From assembly GCA_947478395.1 (NCBI GenBank), contig CANJVR010000002.1, positions 832,568-896,567 on the forward strand: a stretch of 64,000 bases of DNA, in the 5' to 3' direction. Below are positions 30,195 through 40,056 of this stretch, piece after piece; position 1 is the stretch's first letter, and each line of letters begins with the position of its first letter. The notes beneath the pieces were generated by a model. It was not told the origin of the DNA. It was given only the letters and a program-made list of their open reading frames with translations, and ran no database searches. The DNA is from Opitutia bacterium (GTDB taxonomy: Bacteria > Verrucomicrobiota > Verrucomicrobiia > Opitutales > Opitutaceae). Made by a program: the position numbers and the translations under genes.

Positions 30195-30255
30195 GCGCCT
30201 ACATTTACGCTTCCGCTCGTCTCTGCAGAATTATCGTCGTCATCTCGCACGCGCA

Positions 30256-31545
30256 TCATCGGATCGGGCGACTGTTAGCCGCCCGCGCTTCCAGCAAATT
30301 CACCCCACGCAGCACGTCGATCGCGGCCTGGAGCTGTCTATCCTGCACCGGCTCAAAACCAAAGCGGTCTTTAAATTGTTTGGGGGCGGTTAGCTCCGAC
30401 CTCGAACGCTGCAGGTCGAGTTTATTGTCCTCGTCGGCTGTCATCACCACCTCGACGTTTGGGCCGATACCCTTCTCGTGAATGCTCACCCCGCTCGGCG
30501 TGAAATAGCGCGCGGTCGTGAGCCGGAGGCCGTCACCGTTCTTGAGTTTGAAAATGGACTGGACCGATCCCTTGCCAAACGAGCGCTCGCCCACGACTAC
30601 GGCCCGACCGGTATCTTTGAAAGCCCCCGTCACCACCTCCGCCGCACTGGCGCTACCGCCGTTGATCAGCACCGCGATGGGCAGATCGAGCGGCGGGCCC
30701 TGAATTTCCGAGCGGTAGTCGTCACGATCTCCCGGTTTGCGGCCCTGCGTGTAGACGATCAGCTCGCCTTTCTTGAAAAAAATCTCCGCGACCTCCACCG
30801 CCGCGTCGAGCAAGCCGCCGGGATTGTTGCGCAGGTCGATGATCAGACTGTCGATCCCTTGCTGCAACAGGCCGTCGAGCGCGGCGCGAAATTGTTCGCC
30901 GGTATGCTCGGAAAATTCCGTGAGTTCGATATAGCCGACGCCATCCGCCACCCGATGGGGATCCCGCACGCTTGCGACTTTGATGAGCTCCCGCACGAGC
31001 ATAACGTCGATATTTTTCTGCGTCGCGGGCCGGTAGAGTCCGATGGCCACCTTTGATTTGGGCGCGCCACGCAGGCGGCTCACGACGTCGTTCATGGCGG
31101 AGGCTTTCTCGACCGGCTTGCCGTCGATACTTTCAAATTCATCGCCGCGCAATATACCCGCGCGTTCGCTGGGCGATCCTGGCATCGGCGAAATCACGAC
31201 CACTTTCTCGCCCCGGGTTTCCACCTGCACACCGATGCCGCCAAACTCGCCGCTGAGCTCTTCCTCGAAGTCGCGATTATCCTTCGCTTCCATAAACTCA
31301 GAGTGCGGATCGAGCGACTCCACCATGCCGTAGAGCGCCAGCTTCGCGAGTTCATCGTAATCGGCGGACTTCGGCTCGACGTAGTTTTCATGCACCAATT
31401 CCAGTACTTCGTGCACGCGGTTCGACGCTCGTTCGAGTTCGCGATTTGGAAACAGACGCCAAGCTGACACCGCTCGCAGGCCGGCGAACGCCAGGCCCAG
31501 CCCAAGGGCCACACCGGTGGCGAGCGTAAGAATCCGTTTGAACAT
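30256..31545 (-). CDS. ctpA: S41 carboxy-terminal processing protease
   Basis: LDPHS, PDZ domain, DLRNNPGG, SASAAE, SFGKGSVQ, TTARYFTPSG. Start at MFKRIL (or 31563). Confidence 0.92.
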   Translation of the reverse strand: MFKRILTLATGVALGLGLAFAGLRAVSAWRLFPNRELERASNRVHEVLELVHENYVEPKSADYDELAKLALYGMVESLDPHSEFMEAKDNRDFEEELSGEFGGIGVQVETRGEKVVVISPMPGSPSERAGILRGDEFESIDGKPVEKASAMNDVVSRLRGAPKSKVAIGLYRPATQKNIDVMLVRELIKVASVRDPHRVADGVGYIELTEFSEHTGEQFRAALDGLLQQGIDSLIIDLRNNPGGLLDAAVEVAEIFFKKGELIVYTQGRKPGDRDDYRSEIQGPPLDLPIAVLINGGSASAAEVVTGAFKDTGRAVVVGERSFGKGSVQSIFKLKNGDGLRLTTARYFTPSGVSIHEKGIGPNVEVVMTADEDNKLDLQRSRSELTAPKQFKDRFGFEPVQDRQLQAAIDVLRGVNLLEARAANSRPIR

Positions 31546-31579
31546 GCGTACGACAGTGGGCATCCGCTTCGTTTTGTAA

Positions 31580-32575
31580 ATGTGTTCATCCGATTCCGCC
31601 TCCGCCGTTGGGTCCGGAGATTTTATCGCGCTTTTCCGCGCCACCGCCGGACCAACCGGACAAATGAATTTTGCCCGGTTCATTGAACTGGCGCTCTACG
31701 ACCCTCAACTCGGCTACTATCGCCGTCCGCACCCCCGCGTCGGTTTTGGACCCGGCACCGATTTCTTCACGGCCAGCACCTCCGGCCCACTCTTCGGCCA
31801 ACTCGTGACGGCGGCAGCCGTAAAATTGCTGGGTGATCACGATCCGCGGACGTTCACCTTTGTCGAGGTCGGAGCCGAATCGGCCGAAGGGATCCTCGCC
31901 GGCGTCGATCATCCCTTCGGCTCTGTGCGGACCCAGCGGATCGGTGAAACCCTGCAGCTCGACGGACGCTGCGTTGTTTTCTCCAACGAGCTCTTCGACG
32001 CCCAGCCGTTTCAGCGCTTCGTCTTTCGCCGCGGTGGCTGGCGCGAACTCGGGGTCGCCCTCCGCACCGATGAGCTAGTCGAAATCGAAATAAGCACCAC
32101 AGTGCCCGATAATTTTCCAACGACAGCGCCGGAAGGCTACGTGATCGATGCCCCCTTCGCGGCCGCCACATTACTCGACGAACTGGCCAAGCCAGCTTGG
32201 ACTGGGCTGTTCATCGCCTGCGACTACGGGAAATCGTGGCATGAACTCATCGAGGCCACCCCGGCCGGCACGGCTCGCGCCTATTTTCAACACACGCAGT
32301 CGAACGATCTCCTCGCCCGTCCCGGCGCGCAGGATCTTACCTGCCACGTGTGCTGGGACTGGCTGGCGGCAAGACTCGTCGCCCACGGATTCTCCGCGCC
32401 TAGTCTCGAATCGCAGGAAGCATTTTTGGTGAAACACGCGGGCGCCTTCATCGCGGCAACGACCGCGGCCGAGGCGGCGCAGTTCAGCCGGAAAAAACTT
32501 TCCCTGCTCCAACTGCTGCATCCCGCGAACCTCGGGCAGAAATTTCAGGTTTTGCACGCGACACGCGGAGTATGA
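31580..32575 (+). CDS. SAM-dependent methyltransferase, MidA/NDUFAF7 family
   Basis: ALYDP.LGYY, DFFTA, SNELFDA.P, DYG, QDLTCHV. Confidence 0.87.
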   Translation: MCSSDSASAVGSGDFIALFRATAGPTGQMNFARFIELALYDPQLGYYRRPHPRVGFGPGTDFFTASTSGPLFGQLVTAAAVKLLGDHDPRTFTFVEVGAESAEGILAGVDHPFGSVRTQRIGETLQLDGRCVVFSNELFDAQPFQRFVFRRGGWRELGVALRTDELVEIEISTTVPDNFPTTAPEGYVIDAPFAAATLLDELAKPAWTGLFIACDYGKSWHELIEATPAGTARAYFQHTQSNDLLARPGAQDLTCHVCWDWLAARLVAHGFSAPSLESQEAFLVKHAGAFIAATTAAEAAQFSRKKLSLLQLLHPANLGQKFQVLHATRGV

Positions 32576-32662
32576 GGCCACGAAGCGGAAATTTAAGAAT
32601 CCCCTTGCCTCACCCGGAGGCCGCTCCTTTATTTTTAACCCTTTAACCAATCCGAAACCACC

Positions 32663-32893
32663 ATGGCCAGAATCTGTGCAATCACCGGTAAACGCCCCGT
32701 CAAGGGCAGCATCATCAATCGCAAGGGGCAGTCGAAGAAGAGCGGCGGCATCGGCACACACGTGACCAGCATCACGAAGCGCAAGTTTCGGCCGAACCTC
32801 CAGCGCATCCGCGTCAAACTCGCCAACGGCGGCACGAAACGCATGTTAGTATCGGTCAAAGCCATCAAGGCTGGCCTCGTGCAGAAGGCTTAA
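32663..32893 (+). CDS. rpmB: 50S ribosomal protein L28
   Basis: MARICAITGK...TKRKFRPNLQ. Confidence 0.95.
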   Translation: MARICAITGKRPVKGSIINRKGQSKKSGGIGTHVTSITKRKFRPNLQRIRVKLANGGTKRMLVSVKAIKAGLVQKA

Positions 32894-32921
32894 GCTTACG
32901 GCCCTCTCCTCGTAGCATTTT

Positions 32922-32949
32922 ACCCGCGGCCGAAACGCCGCGGGTTTTT
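32922..32949 (+). terminator. Rho-independent terminator after rpmB
   Basis: acccgcggc-cgaaac-gccgcgggt-tttt. Confidence 0.8.
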
Positions 32950-32996
32950 CGTGTCGGTCGATCCAGCTGCGAAGCCCTAATCTCGCATCGAAATCT

Positions 32997-33069
32997 AGGC
33001 GCGGTGCCTTCACCCCGGTTGACGGGGTTGATCGAGCGCCGGTTTAAGCGGGGTGAAGGCACCCCGCCT
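32997..33069. repeat. REP-like inverted doublet
   Basis: aggcgcggtgccttcaccccg (32997-33017) matches the reverse complement of 33049-33069 at 20/21. Confidence 0.8.
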
Positions 33070-33096
33070 CTGAAATCAAACTCCTTCTGCGCAGGC

Positions 33097-33615
33097 TCAA
33101 TTTGGCGGCGCCACCGGCGAAAAATTCCCCGCCCAAAGCTGACGATAAATCGAGTTTGGGGGGATTGAAATACGATCGAGGTCAAAACTCCGATCCTCGA
33201 CGTAATCCAAACCGTAGTGAAACGCCGCGAGTAAGAGCGGATAGGAAAACGTCGTTTTTTTGTGCAGGTAGCTTCGCGAGTAGGCGAGGTAGTCGATCCC
33301 CGCCTCCAAATTGGCGCGCCAATCCCAGACCATCGGCTCATACGGCGCCGTCGAAACCGTGCGCCAAGCCCGAGGTTTCATTTGCAGGAGGCCACGAGCC
33401 TCGCCGTGGCGGGCCCCCGGATCGAAATTTGATTCGGCTTCGATGAGTGCGTAAATGAACGACGGCTCCAGCTGATATCGTATGGCGAGCGGCTGGATCG
33501 CGTTCCAAATTTCCAGTCGGGTCGGCGGCGGTAACGCCAGCTCAACCGCAGCGGGTTTCGGTCTGCAACCGGCGGAAAGTAAAACGAGGGCGATGAAAAA
33601 AAGCGGTGCTTTCAT
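33097..33615 (-). CDS. Lytic transglycosylase (SLT-domain) lipoprotein
   Basis: LSAGC lipobox; IEAESNF catalytic Glu; GLLQM; AAFHYG in place of AYNAG. Confidence 0.82.
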   Translation of the reverse strand: MKAPLFFIALVLLSAGCRPKPAAVELALPPPTRLEIWNAIQPLAIRYQLEPSFIYALIEAESNFDPGARHGEARGLLQMKPRAWRTVSTAPYEPMVWDWRANLEAGIDYLAYSRSYLHKKTTFSYPLLLAAFHYGLDYVEDRSFDLDRISIPPNSIYRQLWAGNFSPVAPPN

Positions 33616-33640
33616 CGCGCGCCCTTTTTCCACCGAAGTT

Positions 33641-34891
33641 CTACAACGCCCTGAAAATGACCGCGGCGTTTTGTCCGCCGAAACCAAGATTGTTGCTAAG
33701 CACCGTGCGGACCGTCGCCGCGCGGGCCGTGTTCGGCACGTAGTCGAGGTCGCAATCCGGATCGGGCTCTTCCAAATTGATCGTCGGCGCAATCATGCCG
33801 GTCTGAATCGTCTTCACCGCGATGACCGATTCAATCCCGCCCGCGGCGCCGAGCAGATGTCCGGTCATTGATTTCGTCGAACTGATCGCGACCCGATGGG
33901 CGTGTTCGCCGAAGACCTTCTTGATCGCGAGCGTTTCGAATTTGTCGTTGTACGGCGTGGAGGTGCCGTGCGCGTTGATGTAGTCCACCTGCTCGGGCCG
34001 GACCCGTGCACTGTCGAGCGCCCGACGCATGGCGAGAGAAAGTCCGCGGCCCTCCGGATCGGGCGAAGTGATATGATAGGCGTCGCACGTCGCGGCGTAG
34101 CCCGCGATCTCGCAATAGATCCGGGCGCCGCGCGCCTGGGCGTGCTCATACGATTCCAGCACCAAGACACCCGCACCTTCACCCATGATGAATCCGTCGC
34201 GATTTTTATCGAAGGGACGGCAGGCTTTCTGCGGGTTGTCGTTGCGCGTGCTCATCGCTTTCATCGAGCAGAAACTGGCGTAGGCAAATGGCGTGATCGC
34301 GGCCTCGCTGCCGCCCGCGATCATGACGTCGGCGTCACCGCGACTGATCATGTGAGCGGCTTCGCCGATCGCATGCGTGCCGGTGGCACAGGCTGATACG
34401 ATGCCGAAATTCGGCCCGCGTGCGCCGAGATCGATTGCAACCAAACCGGAGCACATGTTGCCGATCAGCGAAGGAATCGTGAACGGGGAAACTTTCCTGG
34501 GTCCGCGCTCGGTGAGAACCTTTAGCTGGGTCTCAAAGGTCAGCATCCCGCCAATGCCCGAGCCGATAATCACGCCAACGCGGTCGCCGTCTTCGCGCGT
34601 CATGTCTAACGCCGCATCCTTTACGGCCTGCCGCGCCGCGACGTAGCCGAAGTGCGTGTAGCGATCATTGCGCCGCGCTTCCTTCGGGTCCATGTGTTGC
34701 GCCGGATCCCAATCGCGCACCTCGGCCCCAATTTGGGACGCGTACTCAGACGGGTCGAAATGAGTCACCCGATCAATGCCACCCCGCCCCGCCAGCAAGC
34801 TGGCCCAAAAAGGTTCGACCGAATGGCCGATGGAAGTGACGACGCCGAGGCCAGTGACGACCACCCGGCGAGAAGAGGAAGGGGTTTCCAT
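33641..34891 (-). CDS. fabF: Beta-ketoacyl-ACP synthase II
   Basis: SACATG, YINAHGTST, KSMTGHLLGAAG, GFGG.N. Confidence 0.96.
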   Translation of the reverse strand: METPSSSRRVVVTGLGVVTSIGHSVEPFWASLLAGRGGIDRVTHFDPSEYASQIGAEVRDWDPAQHMDPKEARRNDRYTHFGYVAARQAVKDAALDMTREDGDRVGVIIGSGIGGMLTFETQLKVLTERGPRKVSPFTIPSLIGNMCSGLVAIDLGARGPNFGIVSACATGTHAIGEAAHMISRGDADVMIAGGSEAAITPFAYASFCSMKAMSTRNDNPQKACRPFDKNRDGFIMGEGAGVLVLESYEHAQARGARIYCEIAGYAATCDAYHITSPDPEGRGLSLAMRRALDSARVRPEQVDYINAHGTSTPYNDKFETLAIKKVFGEHAHRVAISSTKSMTGHLLGAAGGIESVIAVKTIQTGMIAPTINLEEPDPDCDLDYVPNTARAATVRTVLSNNLGFGGQNAAVIFRAL

Positions 34892-34926
34892 GCTGCAACG
34901 AAACTAAAGCGATCCAGGCAGAAAAC

Positions 34927-34974
34927 AAAAAGGCGTTCCGCCAAAATTTCCACAGGGGAAAAAGGCGGAACGCC
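34927..34974 (-). terminator. Terminator-like hairpin between acpP and fabF
   Basis: 11-bp stem ggcgttccgcc/ggcggaacgcc with a U-tract on the minus strand; large loop. Confidence 0.6.
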
Positions 34975-34991
34975 AAAATTTAGAAACCGAC

Positions 34992-35255
34992 TCAGGCCGC
35001 GCCGGCCTTGGACTTGATGTAGTCGATAACCTGACCGACGGTTTGAAGTTTTTCCGCATCGGACTCAGGGATCTCGCCCTTAATCTCGTCTTTGAACTCC
35101 TCCTCAAAGGCCATGATCAGCTCGACCGTGTCGAGAGAATCGGCTCCGAGGTCGTCAAGGAAGGAAGCGGTCGGCGTGATTTGCTCTTCGTTTACGTTGA
35201 GCTGGTTCACGATGATCTCTTTGACGCGTTGTTCGATGGTTTTTTGGTCAGCCAT
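34992..35255 (-). CDS. acpP: Acyl carrier protein
   Basis: [20 protein letters not shown]. Confidence 0.97.
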   Translation of the reverse strand: MADQKTIEQRVKEIIVNQLNVNEEQITPTASFLDDLGADSLDTVELIMAFEEEFKDEIKGEIPESDAEKLQTVGQVIDYIKSKAGAA

Positions 35256-35285
35256 TTTAGCAGGAAATTGGGTTGAGCGGAGGGT

Positions 35286-36035
35286 TCACATCGCCATGCC
35301 GCCGTCAACGGCAAAAACTTGCCCGGTGACGTAGCCCGCCTCTTCAGAGCAAAGAAACGCGGTGGCGGCGGCGATGTCGGCCGCCTCGCCGAAGCGCTTG
35401 AGCGGGACGGCTTCCAAGATTTTGGCGGAAACTTCCGGATTGTTTACGAAATCCGTCGTCATGTCGGTCTTGATGAAGCCCGGAGCGACGGCGTTGACCG
35501 TGATATTCCGCCCGGCGAACTCGCGGGCGAGGCTCTTGGTCAGACCGATCATGCCGGCTTTCGCCGCCGAATAGTTGGCCTGACCGGCGTTGCCCATCAC
35601 ACCGCTCACCGAAGTGATGTTGACGATGCGTCCCCACCGCGCGCGGGTCATCGGACGGGCCAGGTGTTTCGTCCAATGAAAGCAGCTCGAGAGATTCGTC
35701 GCGATCACGTCGTTCCAATCCGTTTCGCTCATGCGGAAGAGGAGACCGTCCCGCGTAATGCCGGCGTTGTTGACGAGAATGTCGATCAACGGAAATTCCT
35801 TGAGCAAGTCTTCGGCGGCTTTCGCCACCGCGGTGCTATCTGCGACGTCGACCGCGAGTGCTTTTGCTTTACCGCCGCTGGCGTTAATCGCCGCGGCGAC
35901 CGCGCCGCAGGAATCGGCGGACTTTGAGACGCAGATCACGGTGACACCGTTTTGGGCGAGCGTCTCGGCGATGGCTTTGCCGATGCCGCGGCCGGCGCCG
36001 GTGACAAGAGCAGTACGATTGGTAAACGTCAGCAT
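35286..36035 (-). CDS. fabG: 3-oxoacyl-ACP reductase
   Basis: TGAGRGIG, NNAGITRD, GQANYSAAKAG, VAPGFI. True start MLTFTN at 36035. Confidence 0.95.
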   Translation of the reverse strand: MLTFTNRTALVTGAGRGIGKAIAETLAQNGVTVICVSKSADSCGAVAAAINASGGKAKALAVDVADSTAVAKAAEDLLKEFPLIDILVNNAGITRDGLLFRMSETDWNDVIATNLSSCFHWTKHLARPMTRARWGRIVNITSVSGVMGNAGQANYSAAKAGMIGLTKSLAREFAGRNITVNAVAPGFIKTDMTTDFVNNPEVSAKILEAVPLKRFGEAADIAAATAFLCSEEAGYVTGQVFAVDGGMAM

Positions 36036-36047
36036 AAGGGTGAAAAA

Positions 36048-36082
36048 GTAGCGGGTAGCGAGTAGAGGGTAGCGAGTAGAAA
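36048..36082. repeat. Five-unit 7-nt tandem array (GTAGCGR-like)
   Basis: gtagcgg gtagcga gtagagg gtagcga gtagaaa. Confidence 0.85.
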
Positions 36083-36133
36083 ATTTCCGCGGCGCGAGTC
36101 CGGTAGCGGGCGGGCGCCGCTCAGCTTTCCCAC

Positions 36134-37303
36134 TCAGTATACGTCGCGCTGGTAGCGCTTGTCCTTCTTGAGCTGCTTCACGAACTCGATCGCCGCGGCG
36201 GGCGTCATGCCGCCCTTGTCCGCGATGATGTCTTGCAACGCCTGATCGACGTCCTTCGCCATGCGTTTCGCGTCGCCGCAGACGTAGAAATACGCCCCGG
36301 TTTGCAGCCACTGCCAAAGCTCGGCGGCGTTTTCACGCATCCGGTCCTGCACGTAAACCTTGAGGATTTGGTCGCGCGAAAAAGCCGTGTCGAATCGGGC
36401 GAGCTGGCCTTTAGCGAGATAATCGGACCATTCGTCCTCGTAGAGAAAATCCGTGCCGCGCTTCTGATCGCCGAAGAAAACCCAGTTGCGACCGGTCGCG
36501 CCCGCCGCCACACGATCCTGCAAAAACGCCCGGAACGGCGCGATGCCCGTCCCCGGCCCGATCATGATGCAGTCCTTCGCGCCGTCCTCGGGCGGACCGA
36601 AATGAGAATGCGAAACGAAAACCGGCGTGGGCGTCGCCCCAATCAGCGCGCGGTCCGCAAGAAACGTCGAACACACGCCGATTCGTTCCCGCTGGTTAGT
36701 TGCATAGCGTACGACTGCAACCGTGAGATGAATCTCCTGGGGAAACAGCTTCGGCGACGACGCGATCGAGTAGAGCCGCGGCATGAGTTTGCGGAGGTGA
36801 TCCGCGAATTCCTGCGCCGTCAGTTTCGCGCTGGGGAACTCCACGAGTAAATCGACATACTCCCGCTCGTCGAGAAACGCCGCGAGCATGTCCTTCGACT
36901 CCGGCGCCAGCAGCCCCGTGAGTTTGGCCTTGTCGGCGTCGTGCGTCGCTTTGGCCGCGAGCGTTTCCACGATTTTTCGCGTCGGACTCGCGAGCGTGAG
37001 GCGGGTGGTCAACGCTTCGCGCAGCGGGATCGGTGCGGGCAGTTTCAACATCGCCGGCGAGACCAGCTCCTGGCCCGTAGCGCCGAGGTGGCCGATGATT
37101 TCTTCGACGGCCGCCGGTGCATTCGAGGGAAAAATTCCGAGCGAGTCGCCGGCTTTGTAGTGCAGACCGCTCCCGGCCAGGCTGACGACGAAATGCCGCG
37201 TTTCCTTCGCGGAACCCGGTTTGTTAAGCTGCCGGTTCTCGATGAGTTTGGCCGGAAACGGATTGTCTTTGGTGTAGGCGGACGGCTGGTCGGACGTGGA
37301 CAT
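36134..37303 (-). CDS. CysJ-like FAD/NADPH oxidoreductase lacking the flavodoxin domain
   Basis: YTKDNPF, RLYSIASS, G.CS.FL, GPGTGIAPFR, YVCGDA, RYQRDVY. Protein begins directly at the FAD-binding domain. Confidence 0.88.
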   Translation of the reverse strand: MSTSDQPSAYTKDNPFPAKLIENRQLNKPGSAKETRHFVVSLAGSGLHYKAGDSLGIFPSNAPAAVEEIIGHLGATGQELVSPAMLKLPAPIPLREALTTRLTLASPTRKIVETLAAKATHDADKAKLTGLLAPESKDMLAAFLDEREYVDLLVEFPSAKLTAQEFADHLRKLMPRLYSIASSPKLFPQEIHLTVAVVRYATNQRERIGVCSTFLADRALIGATPTPVFVSHSHFGPPEDGAKDCIMIGPGTGIAPFRAFLQDRVAAGATGRNWVFFGDQKRGTDFLYEDEWSDYLAKGQLARFDTAFSRDQILKVYVQDRMRENAAELWQWLQTGAYFYVCGDAKRMAKDVDQALQDIIADKGGMTPAAAIEFVKQLKKDKRYQRDVY

Positions 37304-37408
37304 GACTAAATGGAAAGAAGTGAAGCGCCTGCGCAACTGGCAAGCGGCTTTCGTACCGCGCGCGAGCTTGCACGGCTCCGCCCTTTACCGCGTAGTCGGC
37401 CTTCCACG

Positions 37409-38230
37409 ATGAGCAACGAACCTGTCCGCCTCCAAAAATTTCTCGCCGACTCCGGCGTGTGCTCACGCCGTGCGGCCGAAGCGCTCATCTTCCAGCAAGA
37501 GGTGTGGGTTAACGGCAAGGCGGCAACGCCCGGCCAAAAAATCACGCCCGGCGTCGACAAGGTCACGGTGAGCGGGAAAACCGTGCGCGCCGCGCCCCAG
37601 GCCCTCATCACGCTGGCGGTCCACAAACCGCGCGGCCTCGTCTGCTCGAACGACGACCCGCACAATCCCGAGACGATTTTCTCCCTCCTTCCACGCGAGC
37701 TGGCGAAATATCGTTTCTTCTGCGCGGGCCGGCTCGACAAGGACAGCGAGGGCCTCGTCATCCTTACGACTGACGGCGATCTCGCCCACCGCCTGATGCA
37801 CCCGTCGAACGTGATCGTGAAACGTTATCACGTTGTCCTCAAACAGGACTTCCCCTCCGCCCGCCTGCCCTTGCTGATCAAAGGCATCACGTTTGAAGGC
37901 GAACGCCTCAAAGTCGAACGCGCCGCACTGATCAACGCGGGTGCCGGCGGCGCCTCCGATAGTCTCGATGTCCACATGCACCACGGTAAAAAGCGCGAAA
38001 TACGCCAGCTCTTCACCACGCTTGGATACGACGTAAAACGCCTGAAGCGTTATCAAATTGGCGCGTTTCCGCTGAAGGGAATCCCATTGCGCGCCGGGAA
38101 ACAACTTTCCACAAAAGATATCGCGATGCTCTTTCACGCACCGCGCACGCCTCACGCGACCTTTCAAGCCACCGCCCACCCGCCCAAACCTACCGCCGTC
38201 GCCGCCCCCGATTCAATCGATGAAGACTAA
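37409..38230 (+). CDS. rRNA pseudouridine synthase (RsuA/RluB family)
   Basis: S4 domain RLQKFLA...SRR.AE; GRLDKDSEGL; GKKREIR. Confidence 0.92.
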   Translation: MSNEPVRLQKFLADSGVCSRRAAEALIFQQEVWVNGKAATPGQKITPGVDKVTVSGKTVRAAPQALITLAVHKPRGLVCSNDDPHNPETIFSLLPRELAKYRFFCAGRLDKDSEGLVILTTDGDLAHRLMHPSNVIVKRYHVVLKQDFPSARLPLLIKGITFEGERLKVERAALINAGAGGASDSLDVHMHHGKKREIRQLFTTLGYDVKRLKRYQIGAFPLKGIPLRAGKQLSTKDIAMLFHAPRTPHATFQATAHPPKPTAVAAPDSIDED

Positions 38231-39041
38231 CCTCGCCCTGCCCTTCGCCGTCCTCGCGTTTTCCCGTTTGCTGAGTGCCACTCCGCTAACGGAGACGACT
38301 GCAGTGCATACCCAGCCCGACGCGGCCGCACCGATTGTTTCCTTTCTAAAAGCCGGGTCCGAGCCGTTGGCCGCTACGTCGCCCGCAACCAATGCGCCCG
38401 GCGGCTGGATGGCGATTGATCTGCCCGGTCCGTTTGAGGGCTACGTCCAAAACAAAGATCTGACCAAGGGACTCGACGTACTTCCCGGCGCCTCGATTTA
38501 TCTCCGACCAAAAATCGAAAGCGGCGTGCTCGCCGTGGCCGAAAAGGGCGACAAAACCACGCTCACTGGCATTCAAGGGAAGTGGACCCAGGTGAGTTTG
38601 GAGAAAAAGCTTACCGGCTACATTCTGGTCCCAATCGCCTTGGGCGGATCGACCGCCACGGCATCCGGCCCGGCTGTTGCCGCAACCACCGCCGCGCCGA
38701 TGGCGCCAGCTCCCGTCCCTCCCGTCGCTTACGGTTCCACCACCGCCGGACGCGCAGCTCCGGTCGTGAGCTTGGCCGATCCCACTGGCGCCTCACTGCC
38801 CCGGCAGTTTGTCGGCAAGTTCGTTTCTACCCGCGCTCCACTCCGGCCCCGCCGGCCGTACGACTGGGCCCTCAACGACGACGCGGGACAACGCTTCGCG
38901 TACCTCGACGTCAGTAAACTTTTGCTCACGGAGCAGATTGAAAAATATCTCGATCATGCCGTCATCGTTTACGGTGCCGCGAAAAATACTCCCGGCAGCA
39001 AGGACATCGTCATCGAGGTCGAGAGCCTGCAGCTCCCCTAG
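38220..39041 (+). CDS. Exported hypothetical protein, possibly with two SH3b-like repeats and a Pro/Ala linker
   Basis: Signal-peptide-like N-terminus; two segments ending W..I/V....GY; low-complexity linker; overlaps the upstream stop. Confidence 0.65.
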   Translation: MKTNLALPFAVLAFSRLLSATPLTETTAVHTQPDAAAPIVSFLKAGSEPLAATSPATNAPGGWMAIDLPGPFEGYVQNKDLTKGLDVLPGASIYLRPKIESGVLAVAEKGDKTTLTGIQGKWTQVSLEKKLTGYILVPIALGGSTATASGPAVAATTAAPMAPAPVPPVAYGSTTAGRAAPVVSLADPTGASLPRQFVGKFVSTRAPLRPRRPYDWALNDDAGQRFAYLDVSKLLLTEQIEKYLDHAVIVYGAAKNTPGSKDIVIEVESLQLP

Positions 39042-39131
39042 CAAAGCTTCGCGTAACGGCTAACGAGCATCGCACGCCGCCCGACGGTGTGCAATTGGTC
39101 TCATCACCCGTCACTCGCACCCGCCTTTTCC

Positions 39132-40013
39132 ATGGAACTCATCGACGGCAACGTCATCGCCGCCTCCATCATCGCCGAGTTAAAAACCGCGGTTTCCGCT
39201 CTGGCGGGACGCAAACCGTGCATCGCCCTGGTGCGCGTGGGGGAAGATCCGGCTTCGATTTCCTACGTCCGGAAAAAAGAAAAAACCGCGGCCGATATCG
39301 GGTTGGAGAGCAGGATCATCCTGCCGCCTGTATCCATCGCTCAAACGGATCTGGAAAAATTGATCGACGACCTCAATGCCGATCCCGCGGTCGACGGTAT
39401 CCTCGTCCAATCGCCCCTGCCCAAGCATCTCGACGAACGCACCATCTTCCGGCGCATCGCGCCCGAAAAAGATGTCGATGGCTTCCATCCTTTAAATCTC
39501 GGCAAGATCGCACAGGAAGATCCTACCGGCTTCGTCGCGTGCACGCCGGCCGGTATCATGGAATTGCTCGCCCGCAGCGGCGTCGATCTCGCCGGCAAAC
39601 ACGTGGTCGTGCTGGGCCGTTCGCTAATCGTCGGCAAACCCGCCGCCTTGCTCGCGCTCCAGAAAAAAGCCGGCGCGAACGCGACCGTCACGATTTGTCA
39701 TTCTGGTACGCGCGACCTTCCGACGCTGACGCGCCAGGCCGATGTCCTCATCGCAGCCATCGGGCGCGCCGAATTCGTCACCGCCGATATGGTTAAGCCG
39801 GGCGCTGTGGTGATCGACGTCGGCATCAATCGCGTCGCCGATGCCTCCAAGAAGACCGGCTATCGTCTCACGGGCGACGTCCATTTCTCGTCGGTCGCGC
39901 CGCTCACGGAAAAAATTACGCCAGTGCCCGGGGGAGTTGGCCCGATGACGGTTGCGATGCTCATGCAAAACACGGTCAAAGCTTTCCATCAGCGGAGTCG
40001 GGCCACACGCTAG
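39132..40013 (+). CDS. folD: Methylene-THF dehydrogenase/cyclohydrolase
   Basis: [40 protein letters not shown]. Confidence 0.96.
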   Translation: MELIDGNVIAASIIAELKTAVSALAGRKPCIALVRVGEDPASISYVRKKEKTAADIGLESRIILPPVSIAQTDLEKLIDDLNADPAVDGILVQSPLPKHLDERTIFRRIAPEKDVDGFHPLNLGKIAQEDPTGFVACTPAGIMELLARSGVDLAGKHVVVLGRSLIVGKPAALLALQKKAGANATVTICHSGTRDLPTLTRQADVLIAAIGRAEFVTADMVKPGAVVIDVGINRVADASKKTGYRLTGDVHFSSVAPLTEKITPVPGGVGPMTVAMLMQNTVKAFHQRSRATR

Positions 40014-40056
40014 CTTGCCGCGCACCAGACGGCGATCCATGCTCCCCCGCTCACTC

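Noticed and set aside
35286..36317. 343-aa N-terminally extended FabG in the ORF track
   Set aside because: The extension overlaps the CysJ-like gene and reads through the heptamer array; the SDR fold begins at ATG 36035.
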